A stretch of DNA of 64,000 bases. Origin: Takakia lepidozioides (taxonomy: Eukaryota > Plantae > Bryophyta). The notes below the pieces were generated by a model that made no database searches, was not told where the DNA came from, and saw nothing but the letters and a program-made list of their open reading frames with translations. The position numbers were made by a program, and so were the translations under genes. Each line of letters begins with the position of its first letter. Position 1 is the first letter of the stretch. This document shows, piece after piece, positions 37,509 through 51,434 of the stretch. The stretch is from the NCBI GenBank assembly GCA_030704615.1, contig CM060734.1, positions 46,996,001 through 47,060,000 of the forward strand, read 5' to 3'.

Positions 37509-40500
37509 TACAACAACCCTGGGTTCTGACAGGAATCACTCTGAAAAATCCTTTTACAGTTCAGGTCTTGATGGAACCATAATCACATGGTCTACATAGT
37601 CCTTTTGTAAAAAAGGTAAACCATAGTCCCTGTCCTACAAAAGCCAGTGACTATTTCTAGATTAACCAATTCTAATATGCACAGCACCGGTTATCACATC
37701 CGGTCCACCCAGCCACCACGCCGTGCCTATCTCCTGCATCAGTTCTATCGGATCCTAGTGTCCTCCAGGCCATCATCCTCAGTCCTCTTCTCCTCCCTTC
37801 GTGTCTGCCAGAACCGCCGCTCTTTCTTCGTGTACAGGTGACCTTCACCACCTGTTGACCTCCTTGGCAGGTGATCAGTACTCAAAACTGGCAGTTGTCT
37901 CTCCAAACCTTCACGTGATGCATCATGGATACAACCACAAACATTTCCCTTTCCCAACTTTCAACATATCTTCCCTCTCCGCCAAAACTTAAAGGGAAAG
38001 CTAGGTTAGTCAAGGTAGTGCTATATAGCTGACTTAGCCAGTGACTATCAACTAATCAAACACATGTGAACTCCTGTAAGAGGACTGCCTAGAGGGCCAT
38101 AACAAACTCCCCCACTAAAGATTCATCATTGTCCGCAATGATAGTGAAATGGGGAAAATCCAATTGCAGGTCACTCTCTTTTTCCCAAGTAGCTTCAGAT
38201 TCTGGATAGTGATACCAGTTGACAAGATGTTCACGATATGAACGATTTCGAAGGTGTTTCGTTCTTGTCTCCAGAATAGATTCAGGTTCAGCCAATAACT
38301 GACCTTCATTCATAACTTTGGGTAGTTCGGGTAGAATATGACTGGGGTCTGCCAGGTATTTCCTTAGGAGGCTGACATGAAAGACGTCATGGATTTTCCA
38401 AGTAGTTGGCAGATCTAGCTGGTATGCCACAGATCCATAACGCTTTAAGATCACAAAAGGTCCACAGATTTTGGGGACAGCTCAGGACACTTACCCAATT
38501 TCAACTGGCTTCTTTTGGGAGCAACTTTCAAGAAGACCTTGTCGCCTACCTCAAATTCACCTTAGACAATGGCGTGGAAAGAGAAGCTGGGGTCAAACAA
38601 TCGCGTCCATAGAGTGCTTGAAATGGGCTCATCCCGATGGCACTATGGAAATTCTTGTTATAGGCGAACTCTGTCAAATACAAGTACTGCTCCCAGGAAG
38701 TCTGTCTCTGACCAACATACATTCTCAGCATATCCTCAATGGTTCGGTTGGTCCGTTCTGTTTGGGGATCTGTTTTAGGATGATATGCAGTACTAAGTCT
38801 TAACTTGGTTCCCAAAAGTTTAAACAAAGCATTCCAAAAGTGACTTGTGAACTTCATGTCCTTGTCACAAATGATCTCACGAGGTATCCCGTGGATCCGA
38901 AAGATTTCTTTCATGAACAGTGAAGCCACCTCAAGGGCAGTGACTGTCATTTTTGTGGGAATCAAGTGTGCTGTCTTTGACAGTCTATCAGCAACCACCA
39001 TTATGCTATTATGTCCATTTCTGGTCCGTGGCAGTGCTACTATAAAATCCATACTTATCGATTCCCAGTTTCCACTGGGAATACTTAGTGGTTGTAATAA
39101 TCTTGGAGGACGTATCCTTTCTAATTTCGAGACTTGACATGGAAAGCATCTATCCACATACTCTTTGATCTGTCTCTTCATTCCTGGCCAGAAATATTGT
39201 TTTCTAACGACCACATAGGTTCTCTGAAAGCCCGGATGTCTAGCTATGGGAATATTATGACAGTCATAAATGATACGGAGTCGCAAATCCTGTAAAGAGG
39301 GAATGCACATACGTATGTGATAATATAATATCCCATCACGCAACAAGTATGGACGGTACTTGTCAATCTCATCAGAGGTCCGACGGTCATGCAAGAGGCT
39401 TTCATATGGTGCTTTAAAAAACACATCATCAGCATAATGATTCTTCACATCATCAATCATAGAGACACAACATTGACCATCGGCCTTCTAGAGAGTGCAT
39501 CTGCCAGTACATTCTCCTTTCCCTTCACATACCAGATCATAATGAAACTGTTGAAGGAATTCAACCCATCGAATCTGACGACGACTCAAATTGGATTGTA
39601 GACTGAGATATTTTAAACTCTCATGATCCATTTCAATTGTAAAGTCCACAGGAAGCAAGTAGTGCCTCCATATCTTCAGTGCGTGAATCATAGCCAAAAG
39701 TTCTTTTTCATGAACAGGATAATTCTATGCAGCTAGACTCATGAGCTTTCTGGACTCATAGGCAATAACCTGACCACTTTGCATCAATACTGCTCCAATA
39801 GCGAGGTCACTCGCATCAGTGCAAAGCACTATCTCATTCCTGGTAGGATCAATTAGCTTCAAGACTGGAGCATGAGTCAATGCAAACTTTAGCTTGTCAA
39901 AGCTAACATCACAATGTGGAGTCCAAGCTTCATTCCAATCCTTAGAAGTAGAGTTCTTTAGTAGATCAGTCATCGGGGCTGCAATGCGAGAGAATGATTT
40001 GATAAACTTTCGCAGAAAGCTAGCAAACCCAACAAAGCTTCTGACTTCTGTTTTATCTTTGGGTTTGGGCCATTCGGCCACAGCCTGAATCTTCTTTGAA
40101 TCAATGGACACTCTATCCTTTGAGATATGAAATCCCAAATAGTCCATATGATCTACAAAGAACTCACATTTACTCTTCTTTGCAAACAGACGATTCTGCC
40201 TTAAGATATCCAAGACCATTCTCAAATGTTGTTCATGCTCTTCTTCTGTTTTAGAAAATTTCAGGATGTCATCCATGAAGACAAGAACCATCTTGCCAAG
40301 GTATTTTCGAAACAGAGAGTTCATCAAGTGCATGAACGTAGCCAGAGCATTGGTAAGTCCAAATGGCATTTCCGTATATTCATAATGGCCAAAGCGTGAT
40401 CGAAATCCAGTCTTAGGAATATCTGCATCCTTAATTCGTATCTGGTGGTAACCTGATCGCAGATCAAGTTTGGAAAAGACCTTACTCGCATATAGGTGAT

Positions 40501-43266
40501 CGAAGATATCATCAATGCGTGGAAGTGGATATTTATTCGTGATTGTCATTTTGTTCATCCACCTATAGTCCACACAGAGTCTTAACCCACCATCTTTTTT
40601 CTTTCTGAACATGACTGGAGCGCCCTAAGGGGATTTGCTAGCCCGAATATACCCCTTCTCAAGTAAGTCACTCAATTGTTTTTCAAGTTCTTCAGTTTCG
40701 GGATACTTTCTTGTTGTCACATTGGCAGTATCAATCCCACACGCATGCTGTGCATATCCTGCAATCATAGCACTCCATGATACCACATTTCGTTCAGCCA
40801 TCTTGACAAACACAATTGAGTGCCGATAGGGTACTCGTGCAAATGGTACTGAATCAGCCACCAACTCGATGGCATGATCAATATCACGTACAGGAGGCAT
40901 TCCAGGGATTTCCTCGGGAAACATATCCCGATAATCATTGAGAACTGCTTCTGTTCTGACATGTACTCCTGTACTTTTAATACCTGATCCAAACAGACTT
41001 TCATGCACACTCAGGGCAAAAACCTGACTATTTCCCTTACGTGCACATCTTTTCATCTGAACAGCAGACATCAAAGGAACATTGGGGAGGGCTCGAGTAC
41101 CTTTTAATTCAAAGGTTTTGCCAGAGGGTAAGGTACCGCTCACCAACCCACACTTGCAAGCCACCACCGCATCCACAGTGTCAAGCCATTGCATCCCCAG
41201 AATGCAGTTGTAGCAAGCGCCGTTCCAGACTTGATCAAAATTTGCCTTCGTGTGCACCCCTTGCATGACGACTGGCATAGCCGAAAGATGTTGTTGTGTG
41301 GTCTCCACCCCACCATTTGCATAATCTGAGATGGCTGCACCTCCACCTGAGACAATCCCAACTTGTCTACAAAGGACTTTGATAGCATGTTGTGGGTGCT
41401 GCCAGTGTCAATCAACAACATTGTTGGTTTCCCCGCCACCTGTCCCTGAACTCGAATAACATTGTGGTTGTAGGCCACTCCACCATCGACAACTGCAGCT
41501 GACACCCTCATATTGGGACCCTTTCCAGTGGCCAATCCTAAACAATTTCCGAGGTCTGTAATGGTTATGGGCTCTACCGGTTCTTCCACTACCAAGGCTG
41601 CAGTCTGTCGGAATTAGCGTTCAGGACAATCTGCTGACCGATGGCCGGGCTTATGACACTTGAAACAGAGCCCCTTCCTAAGATGTTCTTCCTGTTCCCT
41701 GGGACTTAGGCGCGGTGGATTTCCAACAATTGGTTTCTGCCGTCCCTGATTGTCGTTGTTCTTATAGGGTTTGAACCTCTTCCAATTTCCCTTCCTTACT
41801 GGGGTGATCTTGGGAGAAAATGTCATCTTCTTCTTATTTTCCCCTGCACGAGCCGAGTATGCCACTCGCTGCGCCTTGATTTCACATTCAAAGTTGCAAG
41901 CCAATCTATAGGCTTCAACCTCAGTGTGGGGATTGTGGGCTTTGACCTTATATTTCAAAGAGTCATTTAGGCCATCCACAAAAAAGTCCACCCTGTCATC
42001 TTCACTGAGAGTTGGAAAATAGCTGGCATGCATTTCGAATTTGGTCTTGAACTCAACCACATTAGAACTTTCCTGTTTCAAGGTGAAGAGTTCAACCTTC
42101 ATCTTATGAGCGTAATCTCCAGGGAGATAGTGGGCCAGAAACACTGATCGAAACTTCTCCCAAGTATCAATTGGGGGTTTCCCATGTTCACGGTGTTCTT
42201 TTTTCTAACGAGACCACCACAATTTTGCTGCATCCCGAAGTTGTAGGGTTGCCGTTCTAATTTTTGCTTCTTCAGGGTAATCTTCTTCAAAGAATTCCTC
42301 GAGTGTTTCTAGGAACGACAAAATCTCTTCTGGCTTGACAGAAGTCTTACCCACAAATTCCGGCAGCTTCACCATTCGTTTAATCTCGTGAGTTACATCT
42401 TTGTTTCTCTTGGCCCTGAACTCCAAGGAGCTAGCGTCGGATTGTGATTCGGCCTGGCTTCGCAATTCGTCATGTGAAGTCCCTATGGTTCTTTTCGCAC
42501 TCGATTTCTCTTTTGCAGGTTGAAGTTTCTGGACTTCAGATCGAATGAGTGCACCTAGGGCTTCCATCTGTGCATTAGAGAAAAGCTAACCCTGGCAATC
42601 TTCCTTACGTCGAGAGGTACGAGCATCTGAAGGTTCCATCTCTTCTGAGTTATCGTACGAGCTGCGCCGCACGTTACTCTCCGATCCTGGCAACGAGAGC
42701 TTGCTCATAAATCTAAACGTACTTTTTTCTACCCTTATCGTACACAGGCTCTGATACCACTTACAACAACCCTGGGTTCTGACAAGAATCACTCTGAAAA
42801 ATCCTTTTATAGTTCAGGTCTTGATGGAACCATAATCACAAGATCTACACAGTCATTTTGTAAAAAAGGTGAACCATAGTCCCTGTCCTACAAAAGGCAG
42901 TGACTATTTCTAGATTAATCAATTCTAATATGCACAACACCGGTTATCACATCCGGTCCACCCAGCCACCACGCCGTGCCTATCTCCTGCATCAGTTCTA
43001 TCGGATCCTAGTGTCCTCCAGGCCATCATCCTCAGTCCTCTTCTCCTCCCTTCGTGTCTGCCAGAACCGCCGCACTTTCTTCGTGTATAGGTGACCTTCA
43101 CCACCTGTTGACCTCCTTGGCAAGTGATCAGTACTCAAAGCTGGCAGTTGTCTCTCCAAACCTTCACGTGACACTGCTCCAGCTTTCCCCCACCTGTCAT
43201 TCACACCACCCCATGGCCTTTTCCACCCAGAAGTCATTCAGACTTGTTGCCTAGAGGGCCATAACA
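37509..43266 (-). mobile_element. Full-length degenerate Ty3/gypsy chromovirus (element 1)
   Basis: LTRs 42762-43266 and 37509-38104; TSD CCGAT. PBS TGGTATCAGAGC (tRNA-iMet) at 42748-42759; PPT next to 38105. Gag CCHC, protease LLIDTGS, RT FMDD, RNase H, integrase and chromodomain. Confidence 0.96.
38089..42640 (-). pseudogene. gag-pol of gypsy element 1 (several stops, frameshifts, deletion near 38545)
   Basis: ORF fragments 42205-42567, 41614-42144, 41140-41595, 40625-41308, 39725-40612, 39488-39697, 38546-39460, 38089-38454. Confidence 0.93.
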
Positions 43267-43382
43267 CCGATGAACACGAGGACCTGCATGAATTAGGTCT
43301 TGGTGGTACTGTTGTTACGAGGCATGATATTGAGAAAGGATTGACAACCAGTGTCTCGGGCATCAGTGTGAGAGAATGTAAT

Positions 43383-44370
43383 CTCGGGGAGGTCACTCCC
43401 TATCTAGTTTCCTAGACACGTGAGGCAAATAGGCATTTTCTATGGGGGTATTAATTTTATTTTCTGAATTTTTGGCCACCCTATTATTACATAATTTTGT
43501 AATATGACATATTTTCTTGTAGGCTATATTATTTATATTTTATAGCAGATAACAAATATTGGACACCCTATATTAACCTGAAAATAAAATAAAAACAACG
43601 GGGGTAATGAATTTTTTATTTGCTGGAAACAAATTTATCCAAAGTAGATGCATCAGCATAATTTAAAGTATAAAGGTTCTGAGCAAAATCAAATCTCATA
43701 GTAACTGAACTAATAATCGAATTTATGTCTATACACTTGCTGTCAGTTACATCATATTTGAATTTCAGATGCCCTCTAGATTTTGAGAAGTAGTTGAGAA
43801 GCATCATGATTGTTGTGGCTGGCTTGTTAAAGAGATCAACTGGTTGTCGAGAGACCTCCCACCTGCTCCCTACCTTTCTTCTCATTTTTTGTATTCTGCC
43901 TATCCACCAAAACTATGGGCCGCCATGCTTGTGTTGCCATCCTTCCCCCTCAATCTACGCTTCTCCATTGTCACGCCCTGCAAGCTTCAAAACCTGTGGG
44001 CCACAATGCTTTGCACCACTGAGCGCACAACCCTTTCTCTTTGTCTGTCTAGCATAATGTCACCACGAGTTGCAGCCGACAGGAGAGAGAGAAGCCTAGG
44101 GTTGTTGTGCACATGCGCCTACGCCCTCTCCGCTGCGTGTCACTGATCGACATGTGTCCATTTAATTTATCTCCACCCTATATTAGTTTTATTTTTTTTG
44201 AAGAATCCATCTTCATTTTGGACCCTATTTTAATTTAAATGTGGTGCCACCAACATATTAGTACCCTATAGTATTTCTAAATATATTCTAAATTTTATTT
44301 TCTCATAATTTTTGGCGCCCTATATTTTTTTGCGCGTCAAGTGATAATATTTGGAAGTGACTTCCCCTTG
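43383..44370. mobile_element. Non-autonomous DNA transposon, 8-bp TSD, superfamily unresolved, with protein C-terminal remnant (43616-43800, minus strand)
   Basis: Degenerate TIRs CTCGGGGAGGTCAC and GTGACTTCCCCTTG. TSD AATGTAAT/AATGTAAC. Empty site at about 49010-49040. Repeated CCCTAT motifs. Confidence 0.72.
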
Positions 44371-45027
44371 AATGTAACATTGGGAGCTATATGTTAATTA
44401 CCTAGGAGCGCATATCTACCTAGGAGCGCATATCTGTAAGTTTGGACACCACTTACTGACGATTGCTTGTGCATAAGAGGTGGGCGAGTGACGTGGGTGG
44501 ATGGCGGCAGGAACCGATGCTGGATGTGGGGAATGATGAAGCAGAGACAGTGGTGCTACCGCTACCCACTTAGAAGGGTCCTTCGATCGTCGAAGCTGAG
44601 ATGAAGCGATGTGGGCCTCCAAATGGCTTTCCTTACTTGGTGCTTAAAAACTTGAATTTTGTGATAGTCATTGAAAATGCACAAGAAATTAGGTGTTGGA
44701 ACTTCATAAAGCAAGGTATCTCCAAACAAAGATCATTTCATGTCCATGCATGGAGGCCTCCCCTCAAAGCAGGGCTTTTCTGCTGATTTCTCCGGTCATG
44801 GAAAATGGTATACTCTATGACATAATCCAGATAGCCATTCACCAGTCAGAGAATGAGCATTGTTAGACCAATGTGCTAACTTCGTGCGCACATACTAACC
44901 TTCAGGGTGGCTCCACGGTTGCCAAACCTGAGCTAGACGCCTTTGTTTTTTTAATAACAAAATGCTCAGTCTGGGATTAGGGCGGGCACACGGGCAACGC
45001 AATGTTCCTTCCTTCCTGCGTCCATCC

Positions 45028-46482
45028 TGTTGAGTATGTATGCATACGATTGCAGTTCGCCAGTGAGCATTAGTTACTTACTGATTACTAAGGTGGTTTA
45101 GTTAGTGCCACGTTGGATTAGTTAATTAGATTCTTCTACTAGTTATCTTCATGCAGCACACGGTGTTTAGGTAGTGCTCTTGAATTTTGCCGCTCATTCC
45201 TTATGTAGTTGCAGGCTGTAGTTGCAGTGTACAGTAGCAGCAATGTGCTGATTGTTGCAGTATAATGGAATCACGAAGCATACGTAGGTTAATGACTAAG
45301 AAGGTTATCATACGATGCTCAGAGGTTGGTGGATGCAAATCTATCTATAGGAGTTGATGTAGCATAGTCAACAACAATCAACAGCAATTATTAACAAAAG
45401 GTTATGGGCCCACACAGCGTGGTGTTGCGCAGAGAGATTATCAAGTTTAGAAAGCTACTGTGAGCAAGAGCAAGAACGATGGAGAGAGACCTAGGAAACA
45501 TTGAGCGGTTTTCGGGAGAGAACTTTCACCTTTGGAAGTTTCAAATGCAGGCAGTGTTGAGAGGAAGAGATCTGATGACAGTTGTTGATGGAACTGAGAC
45601 AAGAGATAACACCATCTTGAGAGAAGTTGAGTGGATAAAGAAGGACAACATAGCAGTGAGCTTGTTGTGCCAAGCAATAGGCTGGAAGTTGTTGAATCAT
45701 TTGCTAAGTTGTGAGAAGGGCTTATTACAATACACGAACAGAGGGCTACAGAGAATGTTCATCACTTACAGAAGAAATTTTATGAGTGCAGAATGACAAA
45801 CGGAAAGGATGTAGCTACTTACATTGGAGAGATAGAGCTAATTATTAGTCAGTTACGTGATCTTGGTGATAATGCTTTTAACGATGGATCTATAATGACT
45901 AAGATGATGAGCAATCTACCTGATGACTACGATCAACTTATGACCGCACGGGACAGCGTTCCCGAGGAGAGCAAGACATTGGAGCAATTGACCCTGAGAT
46001 TGCTCAAAGAGGAAGCAAAGATCAAGAAGCGTCAAAATCAGGAAGAGGCTGCAAATACTAAATTATTTTTTGTGAACAAAGGCAAGAATCAGTATCCAAG
46101 TCGAGGCACACACACTGGGAGTTCCGTATACCATGGTGGAGGTGCTAACAGTGGGAGTACTTCAACCAGACCGCCATTAACATATGAGCAGCGGCAAGAG
46201 CAGCTAAGAGAACTAAAGAAACGAACTCACTGCCACAACTGTGGTAGACCCGGGCATTGGGAGAGGGAATGTCCTGAAAAAGTGCCAAACAAGCCACCTA
46301 ATGCTCCGGATCAAGGAAGAAAGGTTTTCATTGCAGACGTGCAAGATCGTGAGTCGGCTTTAGTCACCCGGGCATTCATGGCAAGTTTCACAAAGATTGC
46401 AGCTTCAAGCGGAAACGTGGTGGCCGACGATGATACATTGTGGTATGCAGATGGCGGAGCATCTCAACACATGACCGACAAC
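45028..46482 (+). mobile_element. 3'-truncated Ty1/copia: 5' LTR, PBS, gag, start of protease
   Basis: LTR TGTTGA...TTAACA (45028-45396). PBS GGTTATGGGCCCA (45400-45412). Gag N-terminus FSGENFHLWKFQM, knuckle CHNCGRPGHWEREC, protease WYADGGASQHMT. Confidence 0.9.
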
Positions 46483-46860
46483 AGACAAGATAGAAGCACA
46501 GCCACCAAAGAGCAATGTAAAGCTCAATTGTTGTATGACAAAGCCATAAGACTTCCATGAACTTGTTGCAAGTTTGTGACATGGGTGAGGTCATTAAGGA
46601 TGATCTGAAAGGCCTATCTACTATCTAACCCAGGCACTTAACTAAAATTTTAACTCGGGGTGGGAGTCTACCTTTGAACAATAAACAATAAACAGATGCA
46701 AAGAGAAAAGGGAGATTGTCAATGTCCAATGTTTGGACATCACAAAGACAACATCCATTTTTGATACAATGTCTTAGGGTTTCTCATCAGAGAGCGACCA
46801 TTGTTTACAATCTTGAGGCTGAGCCTAAAGCCCTCACCTTGTTGGGGTCCAATTGCAGGA
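46483..46860 (+). mobile_element. Old LINE family A relic (paralog of about 21453-21760)
   Basis: MGEVIKDDLKGL..GSLPLN matches family A; nucleotide match to 21453-21540. Confidence 0.65.
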
Positions 46861-47059
46861 AACTCATTCCGTCCATCTCTTGCAGGCCAGCCAATGAACA
46901 AGCACCATACATCTTCCTTCCATGGAACGACCAACAGACCCCCTCCTTTTCGGTCCTTCCTTCTATTCAACATATTATCCAGTGGAGTAGAGGGATCATT
47001 GTCTCTACTGATCACATCAATCTGAGTCAGTTTACACCATGTCTGGCAGGCTTTGCGCC

Positions 47060-47520
47060 GACGCTTCTAACTATTGGTGTCTTTTTAGAGCTGCCAGGCC
47101 ACCCTGAAGCACATATGGACAAAATCCCTGCTTTACAAAGACAGAAGGGTTAAATTTCATTCTGAACACATCAGGCCTATTGGCCCCACTGAGGGTCCCC
47201 ATGGATTTTATAAAGTCCATTTCTTTTTCTTTCTTTCTCTGTGCATATTTCTTTGTCTCCGGCTGGTGTCCCTGTCTCCTGGTGGGAAAAGAATCTGGAA
47301 CCATTGCAGTCATCTTTTCTCCAAGCAATGCTTGGCGCCAGAAGCACAACTCCATCTCATATCCTAGGTGCAGAGTTCGCATGTATACCATTGCAAACTG
47401 AGGTCCTCTTCCGGCTTACAATCTTTCTCCATAGATTACAGGCCCTTCCACCCAAGGGGCTCGTGGCAAGGGCCCTCGCAACATCTATGAGGCTTACTTC
47501 CAGGGAGAGAGATGGGATTT
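47060..47520 (+). mobile_element. LINE RT-thumb fragment (RTE-X-like)
   Basis: LEPLQSSFLQAMLGARSTTPSHILGAEF..PLQ resembles post-RT LINE motifs. Confidence 0.6.
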
Positions 47521-47929
47521 CCTGCGGAGAAGACGACGCTTACATGGATCTCTGGCAGACTTAGAGAAAATAAAGCCAAGGGATACATAACTTACTGATG
47601 AAGCCCACCTCCTTCGCAGCGATGAAGACTGCAGAGGCGGCTCTTGAGGGCAAGGGGGAATGCTCTCGCTTAATTGAGGCAGATGGCCCCATCTATTCAC
47701 GCACATACTTCATTCTTACAGTTTCATCCAGTCCATCTACACAGCATCCATCCAAATGATACGACGACATCCATCTGAAGTCTATCTACTTTCGTTGAAG
47801 CCATTCAAGTGTTTCCCGCGCTCGCTGTTGGTTCCCGGGAAAAAAACAGGCAACAGCCTGTCGAGTGTGGGGCAGATGACTGGCTAATGCCGGTGGTAGG
47901 AAGGGTTCCTTGATGCGTAGTGCGGGCGA

Positions 47930-49110
47930 AGACGAGGATGGACGCAGGAAGGAAGAAACAGACGAGTGTGGATCGTACAGAGGGTGCCAGGAGGCAGGGT
48001 TGCGTTGCCCGTGTGCCCGCCCTAATCCCAGCGGAAGACTGAGCATTTTGCTTTAGAAAACAAAGGTGTCTAGCTCAAGTTTGGCAACGATGGAGGAGCG
48101 ATGGAGGCCACCCTGAAGGTTAGTATGTGCGCACGAAGTTAGCACATTGGTGTAAACAATGCTGATTCTGTGACTGATGAATGGCTATCTGGATTATGTC
48201 ATAGAGTATACCATTTTCCATGACCGGAGAAATCAGCAGAAAAGCCCTGCTTTGAGGGGAGCCCTGCATGCATGGAGATGAAATCTTTGTTTTGAGATAC
48301 CTTGCTTTCTGAAGTTCCAACACCTAATTTCCTGAAATTTTTCAATGACTATCACAAAATTCAAGTTCTTAAGCACCAAGTAAGGAAAACCATTTGGAGG
48401 CTCACATCGCTTCATCTGAGCTCGTCTAGCACGACGATCGAAGGACCCTTCTAAGTGGGTAGCACCATTCTGCTTCATCATTCCCCACATCCAGGACTTG
48501 CATCGGTATCGGCCGCCATCCTCCGACGTCTCTGTTGAAAATGAAATTGCTGATTATAATACTCACCCCAAATCTGCAGAGTTACAGTAAGCTATCAAGA
48601 ATCTCTCAAGTACTGAGAAGTACACATGCTAGCTTTCAGACAATTCACGATGCTCACATTCCTGTAGACAGAGCGATCTCCACGCTCTGGACACAACTAC
48701 AACTAGCATACGTGAAAAACAACGCACTCAGAATTAGTGCTCAAGAAAACTAAGTAACTATAAGCGGGAAATGTAAGGTTCAAACTGCAGTCGTGGAAAG
48801 TGATGCAAGGATTGATAGATGTCACTGTAACATCCTAGTTGGCATAGATAGCTAAACTAAAATAACCGGCAATGGTCCAGATGGCAATAACGGACTGGAT
48901 CTTCAAATTCAACAGTCTCGCCCACCTCTTATGCACAAGCAATGGTCGACTGCTCAGTAAGTTGTGTCCAAAGGTACAGATATTCAATGCACTCCTAGCT
49001 AATTAACATATAGCTCCCACCATTACATTCTCTCACACTGATGCCCTAGACAATCCTTTCTCAATATTAGACCTAATTCATGCAGGTCCTAGTGTTTATC
49101 TGAGCGGTTC
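47930..49110 (-). repeat. Inverted duplicate of 43270-45027 (minus insertions)
   Basis: For example 48115-48470 is the reverse complement of about 44560-44910. Confidence 0.85.
48533..48914. mobile_element. Solo LTR (382 bp)
   Basis: TGTTGAA...TTCAACA termini, TSD GTCTC; absent from the paralog at about 44480-44510. Confidence 0.88.
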
Positions 49111-50040
49111 ATCCTAACCAACTCTGCTGTGGAATCAAGCTTTGTCTTCGATGTGTCAAATATAAAGAGGGACTCGTACTACAGCAAGTGAGCAGTTGTG
49201 TGAAACTTCTCTAGTGAGATCACATGCGATTGGACAGATGAAAGGTCCAGAAATTAGTCATTTTCAAACCTAAGAAACTCCAGTTATATCGCATAGTCAA
49301 TATCCAGCTCAACTTCAGCAATTTGGGATAAGCGTAACTCGTTGTAACCAGGAGTAACTTCACAATTTCGAAAAATCCTAGTGATCCTTCCAGTCATATA
49401 ATGGACATCAAGCTCAAGTAAATTAATAATCGGATAAGCTCAACTCACTATGCACATTGGAGCACCGACCTCACGCCCACGACGTTTGGAGAGAAACGCT
49501 CATTCTGTCACCTTCACATTTTCCTTGCGGTTGATCAGCTTGTTGAGCGCGCTCCAGAGGTCTCCGGTGGAGCCAAAGGCTTAAGCTGTCACCTTCACAT
49601 CATTTGCTTTGCGGACATTGCCCCAACTGGGCCAGGTATATATGATCAGGGCATGATCACATTGCTGATCCAACTGTGCCACCAAATTCATTATCAGTCA
49701 AACAACTCAACTCACTGCGAAAATTGCTCCAACCAAGCATCGACAACGCAGTGCACATCGGCCGTTCAATCATCTCTCAAATCATCGCTCGAGGACGCAA
49801 ACTTGTCTCGGTAGTTATAGAGTCATCAGCATCCACGATCGATCGAAATCGAATCCCAGAACTCTCAGTCTCGCAGCCATGCCAGACTCAGTTTTGGTTT
49901 GAGTTTGTTAATGGGCTGGGTGAATGGATCGATCGTGAATCCTTGATTTATATGGATCACTAGAGAGATCACATGGGTAGGGATTTTTCTCTATTTTCTT
50001 AGCAGACTTCAAAAAGATCTCAAGTGACACGCTGCAAATA
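49100..50040 (-). repeat. Backbone repeat copy D (head-to-head with copy C)
   Basis: Reverse complement of the unit head (CAGTCTCGCAGCCATGCCAGA at about 49866-49887). Confidence 0.8.
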
Positions 50041-51434
50041 ATCGACCCAGTGAAAATTATACCCTAACCAGTGACCACTGTCCCAGTGTGAGGCCAGCTC
50101 CTTTTTGAGCCAACAAGTTAAAATGATAATAACAGGGAGACTCTGGAAAAGTAAAAATTCAACCTGTTAAGGAAAATCCATATTGCACGATATTCAGTTT
50201 TATGGGTTTCGATCCACTTAACTTAGTTACACCTTACCATCATACAAAAAGTTTCCTTCCACGTAATTATCATTCTGCTTAACTAGCATTTGTATGTAGC
50301 AGATCGCAGATTGATCTGATTATTGCCTCGGAGTCAACATGGATGGTAGAATCCAACAACAGTTTGACTCTTCAAGTCCCTGATGTGGAGATGAACTTCA
50401 ATTCCAGCAATTCTACTTATTGAGTTGGAAGGCCAAGTTCCCTCAAAGCTTACGTCAATATTCTGGAAAAATGAGAAAGTATGTTTTGCTCCATTGAAAA
50501 AAAGTTAAAGTTTGTTTATTGAACGTCCAAGAATTTTACAGAGTCTACTGACAATGGGCGGTTGAAGGCACACATTGAACCCCTCCTCATGCACCTGCTC
50601 AAGTGCAAATAACCGAACAGAACTGAGTGAATACCTGTTGATGGCAATAACAAGCTGGCCCATATTTCAAAGGTGGCAATAGGACAGGTGGCACATTTTG
50701 ACGAGCCCATCCTGGGGGATAGGCACCTGATATTCCACCACTGGCAGATTATGGTGAATTTCCGGATTTTATCCCCTTTGTACAACTAGCTCAGCCCGAA
50801 CTTTCCCTAAATCTAACACCAAGTGGACAAAAGAAAAAGCAAAACAGAAAACATATTGAACTATGAGTATTTGAACTTGCTATTTTTACCATTACCCAAT
50901 CAGTGGGATTCGGTATTTGGGGGCGTGTCTCTTGAAAGGCTAAGTTTAAACAAAGAGAAAAAAAGTCGGTTCAGTCCACTCTATGTATTCTACCAGGCCA
51001 ACACCCATATGCCGAAAATAACAAGCTGGCCCATTTTTTAAAGGTGCCAATAGGACAGGTGGCACATTTTGACGGGCCCATCCTGGGGGATAGGCACCTG
51101 ATATTCCACCACTGGCAGATTATGGTGAATTTTCCGGATTTTATCCCCTTTGTACAACTAGCTCAGCCCGAACTTTCCCTCAATCGAACACCAAGTGGAC
51201 AAAAGAAAAAGCAAAACAGAAAATTGTAGAACTATATATTAAGGAATAGCACGATAAACATTATAATGCATCATGTAAGCCAAAAGCCGCTATCTGTTGT
51301 GTATTTGAACTTTTTGCCATCCACAGTTATTAACATTAGGTACCCAATCAGTGGGATTCGGTATTTGGGGGCGTGTCTCTTGAGATCTTTCTAAAGTCTA
51401 AGTTATAAAGAATAGATAAAGATAAAGATAGAAG

